A stretch of DNA of 64,000 nucleotides from Psilocybe cubensis (lineage: Eukaryota): NCBI GenBank assembly GCA_017499595.2, contig CM039008.1:372001-436000 (forward strand). The letters run 5' to 3'. The translations under genes and the position numbers were made by a program. Below are positions 27,963 through 41,200 of the stretch, piece after piece (position 1 is the stretch's first letter; every line of letters begins with the position of its first letter). The notes under the pieces are model-generated. The model had not been told where the DNA came from, made no database searches, and was given only the letters and a program-made list of their open reading frames with translations.

Positions 27963-28893
27963 CACATCGATGCAACTATCCGAGCTATGTGAAATAGGTG
28001 CCAGCGGTTTTGACGTGGACTCAGAGATGTTTGTCAAACAAGATCAGCAGATGTCGGAGCTTCAAAATCAAATCAAGCGGAGCCTGAACTCACTTGAAGT
28101 CCCATTGCAAGCAAAATCATGTCCACTTTGTTTGCTTTTTTCTAACCACCACCATTCTCTGCCCACGGATATACATGGGGGCAAGGTACGTGTAGTCATC
28201 TTTGTAAATTGATGTCTCCTCCTCGCACTAACATCATACACATCTTCCTTTAACCAAAACAAGTTAGTAGATTATACTTTTTTGGTGAGTAATAGATGAT
28301 TCTCACTCGGTGCTCATCAGTACTCACCACATCCTAGGACCAACTATCTTGAACACTTGGATGAAGGGTCAGTATTTTAGTCTCTATTTAGTGTGCTTTA
28401 CACTACTAACATTACTTGTGAAAGGTCCCGGACAACCAGACATTTGGATACAGACTTGAAAGCATGTACATGTAAGTATATGCGCTTTTTATTGGTTTTT
28501 GATTCATTTTTTGATGCATATATTTTGGTTCTCCATTGCCCGTACCACTTCAGCTGTTCCGAATGCTTGAAGCTGCCTTTTCCCGTGCGTCTTCACCATT
28601 CACACCTTCTTTGTGTCATTGAGTGTAGGAATTGTCAGCTTTAGGTTCTGTTTTGGTGTTGAGGGTCCGGAGCCGTGCACGCTAGCATGCGGGTTCAATG
28701 TGTCTTATATAGTTGCACTATTTTTATGAATAAATAATCTATTTTTCATTATGATTTTTGTGTGCTCCAAAAGGCATTACAATTGCAATACCCAGAAATA
28801 TTGTAAACCTCAAATTAATTTATTCATGCTGCAATATTTCCGTTTTCTTACAACATTTCAAGAGCGTTGTAATGCAGTGCGAGAATTTCGAAG

Positions 28894-28934
28894 AAAAAAA
28901 TATTTTATTGGGTTTACAATGCTTTGTAATCTAC
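28894..28934 (-). repeat. Right terminal inverted repeat of the KDZ element
   Basis: Reverse complement GTAGATTACAAAGCATTGTAAACCCAATAAAATATTTTTTT aligns with 10392-10430. Confidence 0.75.
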
Positions 28935-29546
28935 CCGCACTTTTTATGATGAAATCAAACTAATTTGTTACAAATTTCCTGGAAAGAAAAAATAATGACA
29001 AAACATATGAAGTGACTTTTAAAGTCAGATTGAACAGTGAAAGGACTATCTGTAAAGCAATTCCAAGTGGCTTTGGCAGCCTGCGTAAACTTAAATAATT
29101 TTCACATCGTAAACGAAGCAAAAATACTTCGTTCACTATTTTCTAAAATTAGATAGTAGCTACGCGTTGGATCAATTCCGAAATCGCTCTGTGGAATTCA
29201 CAGTCAAGATAGCAATGTTGCTTTCATACCAGGGGTATTCTGTTTACGGGGTGTTGCTACTCAATAACTCTCCACAACTTTACCGTTGAGAGAATTCCAG
29301 TAGCAGACTGATACCATCTTGATAAGTCAAGAAAGATAAAGATGTCAATACAATGCATGAGAAGTACACCTCGAATTCCATGAAGCTTGATAATCTTTCA
29401 ATTATAAATAGGTATGAATGACTGGCGACAGCGAGCGTGTTAGAAAGTCGTCTTACCGAGGTCTGGTAATTAACATGTAGCAAAGTTGGATGTATAAATA
29501 ATGGACCTGTGCGGAGGCAGACCCCATACAGTCATCTTCCCCAAAG

Positions 29547-30298
29547 ATGCGTATTCAACTTCCTCTTCTTGCTCTCACCTACTCGCTCTTTGTATGTGCA
29601 AAGCCTTTGGATATAGGTAAATTCATAGCCCAATGCATCTCAAGTTGCACAGTTTACATTTTCGACTTAGCCCAGCGTGACGGTGCAGCGCCCGTGGACA
29701 ATGTCTGTTCAGAAATGCCTGAATGTAAGACGCGTTCATGTGTATACCTCTTCAAGCTAACATAAACTCGAGGTAAAATTGAATGCTTGTCGGGAAGGAA
29801 GGAAATTGTTCCCAATGATTGTCATGTCATTTACGATACGCTACTGTTTATCAGCCAGTCTAGCAGTGAGTTTGGCTTTTCAGCTTAGCTACTGGAGTTG
29901 TGACTAAGATCATTCGGTACCAGGTCCCACCAATACAGTGACTGTGCGTCGTTACTACCTCCTTCATCATCTAAACTCTGACAAATACTTAGGGCGGGAA
30001 TAACATTACCATGACTTACAACACATGCACTTCTTTCTTCTCTAACACTGGCGAGGATTCCATCGAGTATTGCCGACTTACATGGGTATGCGCATGACTT
30101 GCACATACTTTATTGCTCTTATCTGATGACAAACTATTAAAATGCAGGCCTCTAAACTAAAAGCAATGACTTCGATTTGCGAGTCTCGAGGTGCAAGATG
30201 CGCAGGATCGGATACTAACTGGTTCCTTGAGTATGTGCATTATCCCATTAACATACGAGAATCTAGCTTACTTTGGAAACAGATTTAAGCACTCTTAA
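29547..30298 (+). CDS. Small secreted cysteine-containing protein, many short exons
   Basis: TATAAATA at ~29493; signal-like MRIQLPLLALTYSLFVCAKP; exons with Cys (NVCSEMPE, DCHVIYDTLLFISQ, ICESRGARCAGSDTNWFLE) separated by ~50-bp introns. Confidence 0.7.
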
Positions 30299-30925
30299 AG
30301 CAAAGCTACTTATCGTTGGTGACCCCAGTGTGATAATCATCTTCCCGCATTACATCTGGTCGTTCTGTTGTCAAGTCACGATAAATATAGCTTTGATTGC
30401 GCAGTCAAAGAAATGTATTTTATATTTCCGATGTGTAGAGGTTATTGGCATAAACTACAGAGAGATGAAATATATCATCGTCCGCTATGAACGAGGTATT
30501 TATTTGTGTAAACTTCCAAATGGACATTAAGCGCCCAACAAGTCCGCCATGCAAATCACGCGCGCTTCCATCCCAAACACCTATCATTTCTTATTTTTTA
30601 CTATTGTTTTTTGCACAACTCTTTGACTGCAATGAAAATTCGAACACCAGTAGGCGGTCAGTGCGCAGCGCTAATCTCGTAGCGATCTTATCTTATCTAC
30701 TCCGCACGTGTTGCCCGTACCTGAATCGTGGGTTGGAACCGCGACATGAACAATACACGACTCCGCACCCCATTGCAACTTGGCATTGCTTTTGACCTCC
30801 TTTCAACGACGAACGAACCCGCCCCGGAAGAATTTAGAACTGTGAAGATATTAACACACTATCTGTAACCCAGACATTGAACACGTATCCCAACCGGCGG
30901 TCTCCCTACGGCCCCTTACTCCAAG

Positions 30926-32993
30926 ATGATGAAAAATCTATCTGAGTCGTTGCTTCCGCAACCTCCAAGCTTTATCAAGAAGAAGTCTTACGAAATGCAC
31001 CAAGTCCTGGGTACTGGCACATTTGGGAAAGTTGTGGTACGTGCCCGATCATCAAGAAGCTTTCATTTCGTTTGGTCTGGGAATCTAATTAGGTTCTTTG
31101 TTTCCTCCTTTGGAATTTCTCATTCCGACCTCTAGAGGGCCACTTGGTATGTCCCTGTGGACCAGGTTGCAACAGCAGAACGTGGGGCGGTGGCTGAGCT
31201 CATGCCCACGCCATCGAGCTTATCAGTGAGCTCCTCGAAGAAGAGCAGTTCTCGGCCTTCTTCTCCAGGGCCGGGCGATAGAACACCGAGTGGGGTTGTA
31301 AAGGATGTTGCCTTGAAGATAATACCGAAGAAGAAGGTCAAGGGGAACGAAGCTAGTGTGTGGGGAGAGATGGAGGTGCTGAAGGGGCTAGACCATCCAA
31401 ACATCGTTGAGTCCTCGTTGGTCTCAATCTGAAACTTCATTATTCATGGTGCTACCATGCACAGGTCAAATTTTATGAGTGGTTCGAAACCAGATCTAAG
31501 TATTACCTTTCATTTGAACTCGCCACGGGAGGGGAGTTGTTCGAGCGGATTCTCCAAAAGGGCAAGTTTACAGAGCAGGACGCCGTTTCGGTAACCCGGT
31601 TGGTTTCATTTTCAATCCATAAATTTCTCGCGAGCTAATCGTCCAATTGACAGCTCGATTCTCAACGGTGTCAATTACCTTCATGATCATGACATCGTCC
31701 ATCGGGATCTCAAGTACGTCAATATTCTCTATTTTACACAATTTGTACTCACAACTCCTCAGGCCCGAGAACATTCTGTACAGGACGAAAGACGAAAAGA
31801 GTGACATTGTTATTGCAGATTTCGGAATGTAATTACCATCATCTTATTATTCATAAACAAATCTTGATACTTTCCAGCGCAAAACACCTTCACACACCGG
31901 AAGAACAGCTCCACTCGCTTGCGGGGAGTTTCGGATACGTTGCACCTGAAGTTCTTCTGAAGCAAGGCCATGGTAAACCGGTCGATATCTGGGCGATTGG
32001 GTATGTACTTCGCCTCACATCAGCCCCCCGCTTACGAATCTCTTCTTCTTACCTTTCAAAGCATCATCACCTATGTCGTTCTTTGTGGATATTCACCATT
32101 TAGGTCAGAAGATGTCCGGGTTCTCATCAAGGAAACAACCGCTGCCAAAATTGAATTTCATGACCGGTACTGGAAGAACGTGTCTTCTGAAGGTCCGCAG
32201 TCACCTCACACTACTGTTCGGTGGCAGTCACTAACTCTAGTGCAGCCAAGGCGTTTATCAAGTCCCTCCTGAATCCGGATTCCACTAATCGTCCTACTGC
32301 GGCTCAAGCCCTCGCTGATCCTGTAGGTTTATTCCTTATCATTGTGACATCGAAGGTTCTAATGTTTTACCGTAGTGGCTTACTACACATGAGCCTTCAG
32401 TGGAACACGACCTCTCCACTGGATTGCGGGAGCACTTCGACCCCAAGGCGCGTTGGCGTCAAGCCATCACGTCTGCTCGTGCTCTGCATCGTCTGGGCAG
32501 CCGAATAAGCACCAAATCAAGCACAACGAGCAGTGGTGGTTGGGCAAACGATGAGGATGTGTCCGACGACGAAATTGGTTCCCCGTCAAAGCATAGGCTA
32601 CCAGTTCAGGGGAACGACGACTTTGCATCCAACGAATTCGTCCACGTTGTCGCACCGGAGGAGGATAGAGAATCTTCGGCTACCCCTAAAACTACAAATC
32701 AAGTCCCGCATCCCGAGCAGGTGCTAAAACGTGAAAATCACGAAGACGTCAAGCCACCATTGCAAGATGAGGTTCCCTCTGAACTCAAGGGTCGCACTTC
32801 AAGCGTCTATACTGAAAACGATATGGTTTATGCCGAGCCAGAGTCTACTGGTGAAGAAAACGACGACCAGAAGAAAGAAGATAGGTTTGATATGCCCGGC
32901 TCATTCGATTTTTCAACCGAAAATCATAATTCTGGTCCAAGTCAAGGCAACTCATGGGTAGACATGCTGCGTAAAATGACATTGAAATCGTAA
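30926..32993 (+). CDS. Calcium/calmodulin-dependent protein kinase (CAMK1/CMK-like)
   Basis: [64 protein letters not shown]; CaM-binding-like '[17 protein letters not shown]'. Confidence 0.92.
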
Positions 32994-33726
32994 GAACATG
33001 GTCTCTCTCAATGTTGATTATACCCCTGCAACTTTTCGTTGGATATTTTGCTTTTCATATTTTCGTTCTAGCTTCATTATTTCAATTCTTACCATCGCAA
33101 TCGCAATTACGACGACAGTATCATTGTAAAATGAAAGCCCCTACTGATTCAATTTCTTGGTTCGCGAAGTATATGGGTCTTTAGGCATTGCGCATTGCTA
33201 TTTAATTTTACGGCCTTACCGTTGTACTGTGTATCATGTAGTTAGTACAAATGTATTTATAACTTTTCCCACCATAATCAACGTGCTATCAAACTTGATT
33301 GACGTATTCTTTTTTGCTTCTACCCAACACCATCCACCTTCACCGTGCAATCTCTCGAACTTCAAGGTCGACCGTTTCTGTTTGCCTCGATCTAGGCATC
33401 ACGATGATCGAATATGGTGATTAAATTCATCACCGTAGAATTTTATTTTACCTCTCGCGCGTTTTTTATTGTCTATCACGACATTCATCGTCATCAACCT
33501 AACAGTAAGTCGCCTTTCTCCTCGACCACAATTCGGTGATTTGCTCAAATCATAAACCATACTAGATCTCCAAGCGATGGTTCTTGCTCAAGGTTATGCC
33601 GACCGTCAGCTCAGCATTTGCAAGTAAGGGGTACCTTCCACAATTATAAATGTGTCGAGATTCTAGCCTACGGCGTTGTAAATCGCATTTCTGTCAAGCT
33701 TGAATCCTCACAATCTTAGACCACAA

Positions 33727-35241
33727 ATGGCAATTGATCAAAAACAGTCGACACCCGTACATCCTAAACGTGTCTTGATCATTGGAGGCGGCCCTACTGG
33801 CCTTGTATCTCTCCGCAACATCAAGGAGCGTGGGCAATTCGAACATGTAGAGCTTTTCGAACGGCGGGATGACGTCGGAGGCGTTTGGTGAGTAGCTAAT
33901 TACATTGTTCTGTTTGTGTACTGACTCAGGTGTACAACCGCCTTGATAGGTATTACGACGACCCATCTCACTCAGCAAGCAATGTCCCTCGATGGCCATC
34001 ACCGGCTTATCAGGGACTGGTGGGCAATGTGCTTCCCGAATTCCTTAGCTTCTCGGGCCATCCATTTCCCGACCCACCCTCTTCACCTCATCAGCCTTTC
34101 CCAACGCTGAAGGAAACCCATGAATATCTTCAAGACTTCGCTTCGCCGTACATCAAATCAGGTGCAATCAAACTGAACAGAGAAGTCCTGCGAGTTGATG
34201 AGCTTCCGAATCGCCAAGGATGGAGGGTTATTTCACGAGATTGGAACACAGGAGGAGAGGAAAAGGCCGAAATATGGGACGCAGTTGTCGTCGCCGTTGG
34301 TTGGTATGATAATCCTGTATGGCCGGATACCGAAGGGCTCGAACACTTGAAGAGACGGGGTCTAGCCAAGCACGCAAAATGGTGGCGTGGGCCACAGGGA
34401 TTTGAGGGAAAGGTGCGTTGCCCTTCTGTCCTTTTCAGCTTTGCGATTTTCAACTTTGGAGCAGAAAGCACTCGTTATTGGAAACGCCAATTCTTCGAAC
34501 GACATCGCAACACAGCTGGCGCCTGTTGCTGATGGCTTCGTATATCAAAGCATTCGCCGCCCCGCATTGCCGATATTCGTGACCCTGCCCGATGACCGTA
34601 TCAAGTTGGTTGCACCAGTGTCCAAATACATTGTCAAGGAAACCCCAACAAGCGAAAAGTTCGACGTCCTTTTGGCTGACGGTACTCTGATCACTGACCT
34701 GGATGTTGTATTTGTTGGTACTGGTTATCGACCTCTCCCAAGCTTTGTTCACGTCCTCGGCAAATCTGGACCCAAGCTGTCCCCCATTGCGTCAGAAGAA
34801 ACACTGCCCCAGACTGTCCCCTCTCTTCATCGACATATTTTATATGCCTACAACCCTTCACTCGCCTTTATCGGAGTTCCAGTTGTTTATACCCCCTTCA
34901 TCATTGCAGATATTGCTAGCACATGGCTAGCTCTAGCATGGCGAGGAGAAACCCCTTATCCCGATACACCTGAAGGACGATTGACCTACGAAAAAGAGAG
35001 GCTTCTCTCTGTTGAAACGTTGCGAAAGGAAACTGAAAATCCGTCTTCGTATCTTGTGTACAACGTTCTGTGCCCGGTGGAACAAGAGTACGCTTCTCAG
35101 ATCAGGGAGGATATTGTTGACGCGAGGCCCGAGCTTGATCGCATTTTACCAAGATGGAGTGACGAGCAAGTTGCAGTACGAGAAGGCATGTATGGAAGGA
35201 AACTGGAAGCTTTGAAATACGTGAAGTCTCTCCTCGTTTAG
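33727..35241 (+). CDS. Flavin-containing monooxygenase (paralog of 8625-10137), 3 exons
   Basis: VLIIGGGPTG, ERRDDVGGVW, DAVVVAVGWYDNPVWPDT, IGNANSSND, GTGY; same two intron positions as the first copy. Confidence 0.92.
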
Positions 35242-36547
35242 TAGGCAGCATTTCATTTAAACTTATCAAAATACATATCCATTTGCTAGATAATATTATG
35301 CCTCAAGAGTCAAACGTACGTGTTGAGCGATGTAGAGAGCTAAGTATTTTATTTGTTCAGCTGCTGCGTTCTGTGGATTATGCTTTTATAGTCAACCTTT
35401 TGTTCCTTCCCGTCCATGTTCTACTTGATGACGACGTCAGAGTAACCTTAATTATGTGTAAAAATACCACTCGTTTTTGGTGTTGAGTCATAAATGTTAT
35501 CTATCTAGATACTACCTCTGGATACACCTTTCTGATGAAACACCCCACAGCTCTCTTTGGTTCACTTTACATATCAATAGGTGTTACGAGAACGCTGGAA
35601 GTAATATTCTGCGACACATACATCTCACAAAATAAGTTTGATTACTATGATTCGTGGCCATCAAATTGCCATATATGGTTGTCCTAAATACAGACGCGTT
35701 TGCGCGCACGGTTCAGGTCATGTGATGCGAATACGCACCATTGCACAACATTGGTCGCGACGTTGCAGCTCGTAATTTGGCTCCGCTCATTTTGAACGTT
35801 TTTCCATTGGAACGAACGATGGTTGAATATGTATGTGGAATATCAAAAATACGCTCTGCGGTACATGCTCATTTGCATTTATCGAACCCAGTTCGGGCAG
35901 CAAGCGAGTGACTCGGCGCCTATTCTTGAAAATTCAACATTGCAACGTTGGACACATCCAAAATTCCAACCATCTTCATCATCCTCCAGCTTTCCTTCTG
36001 GACACGTTAAGTGAAAAAGATTTGTTCTCTTTAATTTCAATTTTGGGCGCTATACAAAGATAGCTTCTGTATCATCTCTGCCGACATCAATTCTCACAGT
36101 TCGCCAGCCACTAGGTAATCGTGTTCTCACGGTCTACCCATATATGCACCTACTCTGCACGTAATATTCTAGTTGCACAATCATCTTTAGGCTCGCTGAC
36201 GTCGGTTTTCATATTCTGCGTATTGTTTCATGGCCTAGGACATTTAGAGGTAAAGATCCGATCATGTATAAGTTTCTCTAAAGAAAGCTATCTAACAATG
36301 TGAATGAAATATACAGTAGGCTATGGGAAAGAAGAAATATAGCTACAGTGTCCCGATTCCCGTGCTCCAGCCATACATCAGTCCAAAGTATATAAGTATG
36401 AATCGTAGAGATGTTAAAACCAAAATGTGTAAGAATGTTTGAGTGTGAGGTTAAGTTTCAGCGGAACCAAGAGGTGGAGAGGACAAAGGGTTCGTCGACT
36501 GCCCTATCCAATCAAAAACTATACATCAAGTTAGATTCGTCGGTTTA

Positions 36548-38288
36548 TCACCTCAGAAATGGAACGTACATGGGAGTCCCTTCACATTCCCTGCTACTCC
36601 CTCTCCTTTCATAAACCGGCCGCTGGAAACGTTGGTTCTGCTCTGACACAGACACATATGCCTCAGCCTGCGCAGGATATAGAAATTCCTCGGAAACGTC
36701 GCCCCCCATTTGTGAGTTATTGAGGTTCAGCATTTCAGTGTTGCCTGTGTCATTGTAGGTCGCTGCATCCCGATGACTATGCACATAGACGCCACTCCGC
36801 TGAAACTCTAGTATCTGCGGCTGATTTACCTGTGGCGCGAACTCATGGTGGTGGGATGGATGCTGCTACGCGGCGCATTGAAATATAGATGAAGGATCAA
36901 GAATTGAAACTTACGGTTACGTGATCTCCTTTGTCACCAGAGAATGGAGTTTCCCGGGTCGGTGAGTGATAATGATGCAAGTGATCATGCTGCTGTGGCT
37001 GCCGCTGGAATGACGAAGAAACCACTAGCCCTCCCATGCAAGAAGACACCTCTCTCGCCGTTGCGTCAGAAGGCTTCTCCGCGATCCCCCCAGTCAGGCG
37101 GAACAAATTCGATGTGCTGTCAAGATGCAAATCTGGAGGACGGGGACGGGACGAACGGTGCTCGCTCATAGAAAGCGAATCGCGCCTCGTATACCTGTAA
37201 TCAGGGCCGCTATTTCCTCTTGCATCGTTCGGGAAGATAGGAGATATAGAACCTTCAATTTCAGATGTCCCAAGTGAGTGTCGCACTGCCGTGGAGCTTA
37301 ACAAGCGATCTGGGAAGTGTTCTGAAGACCCACTGCTATTACTGTGGGCACTTGCCGCACGGGGACGAGGAGGTAGTTTTGCAGCGTCCTGAAAATGGTT
37401 TAAATTTGCTGAAGAGGTGTCCGCAGGATTGTCGTTGGAGATGGAATTGCTCTTCTTAGAGGTTGAAACGACGTTCCCAGTGTTCTTTCCGGGCTTTGGT
37501 TTGTTGGGTCCACGGACTCGTCCTTCTTTTGCGTATTCACAAGCCAGACCGCGAGTGAGACATCGCTTGCAAGACGGATGCTCGCCACTACACTATTAAT
37601 CAAAGCCATGAGGTCAGTATCACTGATGGATGCGTGAAAGGGAAGTAATAATACGCACTTTAGCTTTCCTCGTGCGACATTTCTCGCATGCCTGGGCTGT
37701 TCGTAGCCTTGGGTGCTCAGGTGTTCGATAGAAAATGCCTGTCGTGGGGTCCAGTGAACCTGCGAGGACTGGACGGTGGTTCAGCCCGGTTGCCGGGGTA
37801 CTGACGCTACTGCTCCCTTTGAACTGGACATGCAGTGGAGGTGGTGAAAGCCTTGTAGCCGGAAATGGAGAAGTGCTTGGATATCCTGCGGGGTTGTGGT
37901 TGTAAGAAACTGAGGTGAGACCATGGTTTGGTTGGGAATATTCCTGTGAAACCTGATGGTCGTAAAGAGGCCATGCGTGAGTCGAAGCAGGAGGATGAAT
38001 ATGGTCTTGAGCATTGGAATAAGATGTAGGTGTATGGTATACGGTGTGATGGGAGGAGAGAACGTGCGGGTCTAAAGAGCGGTTCGGGTTTGGATTGGAG
38101 TTCATATTCTCCTGGCGGGTGAATAGCGGGTGCGGGTGCGGATGAATATGGGAGGACGAAGTGGGAAATTGGCCTATGTCTAGGCGAGGCTCCATTTCAG
38201 GAAAATGAGGATACATCGTCGAGTGTTCGTCGTTTGGACGATAGTAAGAGAGTGGGCGGTGGATTTCGTCCTCGTTGTGCCCTGACAT
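36548..38288 (-). CDS. Zn(II)2Cys6 fungal transcription factor
   Basis: RLRTAQACEKCRTRKAK, intron, CSGEHPSCKRCLTRGLACEY; Pro/His/Ser-rich flanks. Confidence 0.85.
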
Positions 38289-41200
38289 TCAAGTGTTCGT
38301 TATATTTCCCTTTCGAAACAGGAAAGAAGAGGAGAAATTTAGGTGGAACCCTCAAATTAGATCTCGTGCGTGGGGGCCTATTGACTTTTGGCAGCTCTGA
38401 TGTAAAGCGTATGTCCCAGATTCTGCCGGGCTCCGGGCAAGTGAGCAGCACCGATCCAAATCCTTTGTGGTGATCGAAATTCTCGTGTGTATCACTGTGT
38501 GGATCTGATTTGTAAAGGAGATAGTAGACAATAAATCAGATTTGGTAGCTCTTTTCTCCCCGGCGACGCTGTGAGCTTACAAATCGTACGTATCGTCAAG
38601 TCAAGAGAAGGAATTTTGGTTCCCTAGAAAATACCAGACGAATTGTTGTTGGCCGAAGGATGTGGTTTAAAGGAGAGGGGAAAGGGATATTGATGACTGA
38701 CTCCGAATTTGGGAGGTTACCAGTATTTCTGATTTCGGAGCGGCACATACTCGATCGGGAGATCGTTTCGGCTAACTTCCATATTGAACGTCCGCGGCGT
38801 CAAACAGTACTTCAAGCACATTGCACAACGAGCTACAGGCCCGATTTAAGCGTGAACAATCCAATATGGGCTGCACACCCACATATCTACTCCTCTGGCC
38901 CGTAACGGGAGCAATTCATAAATTTTCTTGTCATTGAAATTGTGGGTCATTTTTTATATTACCCTTGAAGTGTCTGGTAAGCACAGCATTGCACACCAGT
39001 TAAATTCCATGTTTATTAGATTCAAGAAGAAAGTCATTGCAAAAGCTTCTGTATTACCCGCGAACAGTGGCATTTGGCCATGTGTTTACTAAACGGTCAA
39101 AGGTAGTATGCTACGGTCGAACCAAAAGCGTAGCTTCTGCATCAAAGTTAAACAGAGGCTTACTGAATTGTTATTGGACCTTTACCCTGGTGTTCTCAAT
39201 GCCTGGGAATGTGGTCGAGAACCACCATTGGCTTCTACCTGTCCAAAGTCTGACATGCAGCTGGGGTCTCTGCCACCGCTTCATATGAAGACGCTAGATC
39301 TGTTTGTTTACTATCATTTTTTATTTTGGTAATAATACGCTCAGGAATCTGGCGGTGATTAAATACATAATTTATCCATGAGTAACGAGTGACAAATTAG
39401 TGACACTTATGGCCTGACGCCTGAGAGGTCCCGGAGTTCGATTCTGCTTAGCCAGCAATTAATCAGGTACGAAGAATAAAAGAAAAAAACTAAAATAGTA
39501 CATCATTTGGTTGAATTTTTCTCTTCCATGCGCATATGGGATTTTTATAAGAGGCAATCAGGGACAAGTGTGCACGAAGGTTTTCGGCGATATCCGCTCT
39601 GAGTTTGAATTGCGATATTGTTGAGATATCGCTGAAGGTGAGTTTACCCCCTGACTCTACGTCAATGGAGTATAATTGTTCTGTTTCCAATTAAAAGATT
39701 TTATATGAGTCTTTAAGTCTGACTTATCAAGAGTTTATATTCTTTGAAACGGTTTTTGGCCTCAGCGAATTAGACTGTACCTAACGGCAATCGCCGTCTA
39801 TTTATTCTCCGTGTAAATTTATTCTTACTTGAAAAAAATTCCATAACCTAGGTGCGATAAACTTGGTTAGAGATTTCCAAGTTTTAGCCCATCTCAAAAT
39901 ATGAGGAATATGTATTGCGCACTCAAAAATCAGGCACGATTTTTATTTGCAATACGGAATCATATACTAAATCACGAATACGACCTGAATGCCAGTGTTG
40001 GCCGTCATATTGCACGTCACCTACTCAAGAGAAATGAGCATGACTGGAGAGACGTTTCTTCTCTTCAATATACATGTGCATATCCAGAGCGTCGGTAATG
40101 TGTTGCCCAAACTGCTCCTTGCGTACTGGGTGGCGCCCATTCCCCCCTCTTCAGGCCGAGTAGCTGGCAATCAAACAATAAATAGCAAGCTCAACCTCGA
40201 TATTCAATCGTCGAAGGCCGAGCGTGATGGAAATGCCACATGCCAGGAGTTTAATTGTGGCCATAACTCGCATCTAAGGGCTATATAAATCACGTTCGTC
40301 ACTAAACGCCTGGTAAGAGAGCCTTCACGATTCTAAAAGCCAACGTTAACATTTGGACGTCCCCAAAGGATGTGTCGCCTAAAATCTAGCTTATTCACCG
40401 GGTTACCGGTGTACCAGCGTATACTCTAGTTGATTCAGGTCTCTGAGATGTCACATTGCCTTGGTCATATTGTCAGATATGAGTGCAAGGCATCAGTCTA
40501 TTGTGATGTCACAGAGAAATTAAGCTTCTTACTGTTTCTACCCCGTACTTCGAGGTTTGTATACCAAGGTGCCTGAGTATACAAAAAAACGTGATCATTG
40601 AGACCCAAACCATAGTATCCTCCTCGGAATTAATCAAGGGCCCGAAAATAAGCATCCGGACAGTTTTAAATTCGTAGATTCAGATTCGGGGCACCTGAGT
40701 TTGAAAGCTACGCTTGAATCAAAATCAGAATTTCTTCCCAGGATTAGTGTTCGCGGGAGAGACATTCCTCAGAAGGAGAAATGGGGATCTTTTCCTGAAT
40801 GTAGAAGATCAGCCCGCCGGCTACAACCCAATGTTCATCTATTGTTGATGACTCTCCGTGTGTTTGTCATCCTCCGACGGCCTCTTGACAAGCAGTGAAG
40901 TGGTTACGTAGAATGTTCGAAACTCCCTTCTGATTCCTTTCGAAAAATTTGAATATTTTGTTCACCTAATCTTAAAACAGCACGAGGCTTGGGAATGAAG
41001 TCTTACGTGTATTAATTATTGAGCAATACATTGAATGACGATGCTGTGATCTATCTCATGGTATACCACGCCTCGTCGAATATTAGGGAAGAATGCAGTT
41101 TGAAGAATTTAAGTTTTATGCACCTGCGAATGTCAGTAACTAGTACGTGTATGAGGATACAGAAACGGTAGTCTTTCAACGGGGACTACACAACGCGAAG

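Noticed and set aside
39400-39465. tRNA-like sequence (gaggtcccggagttcgattct resembles a T-arm/B-box)
   Set aside because: No acceptor stem, D-arm or anticodon arm could be folded
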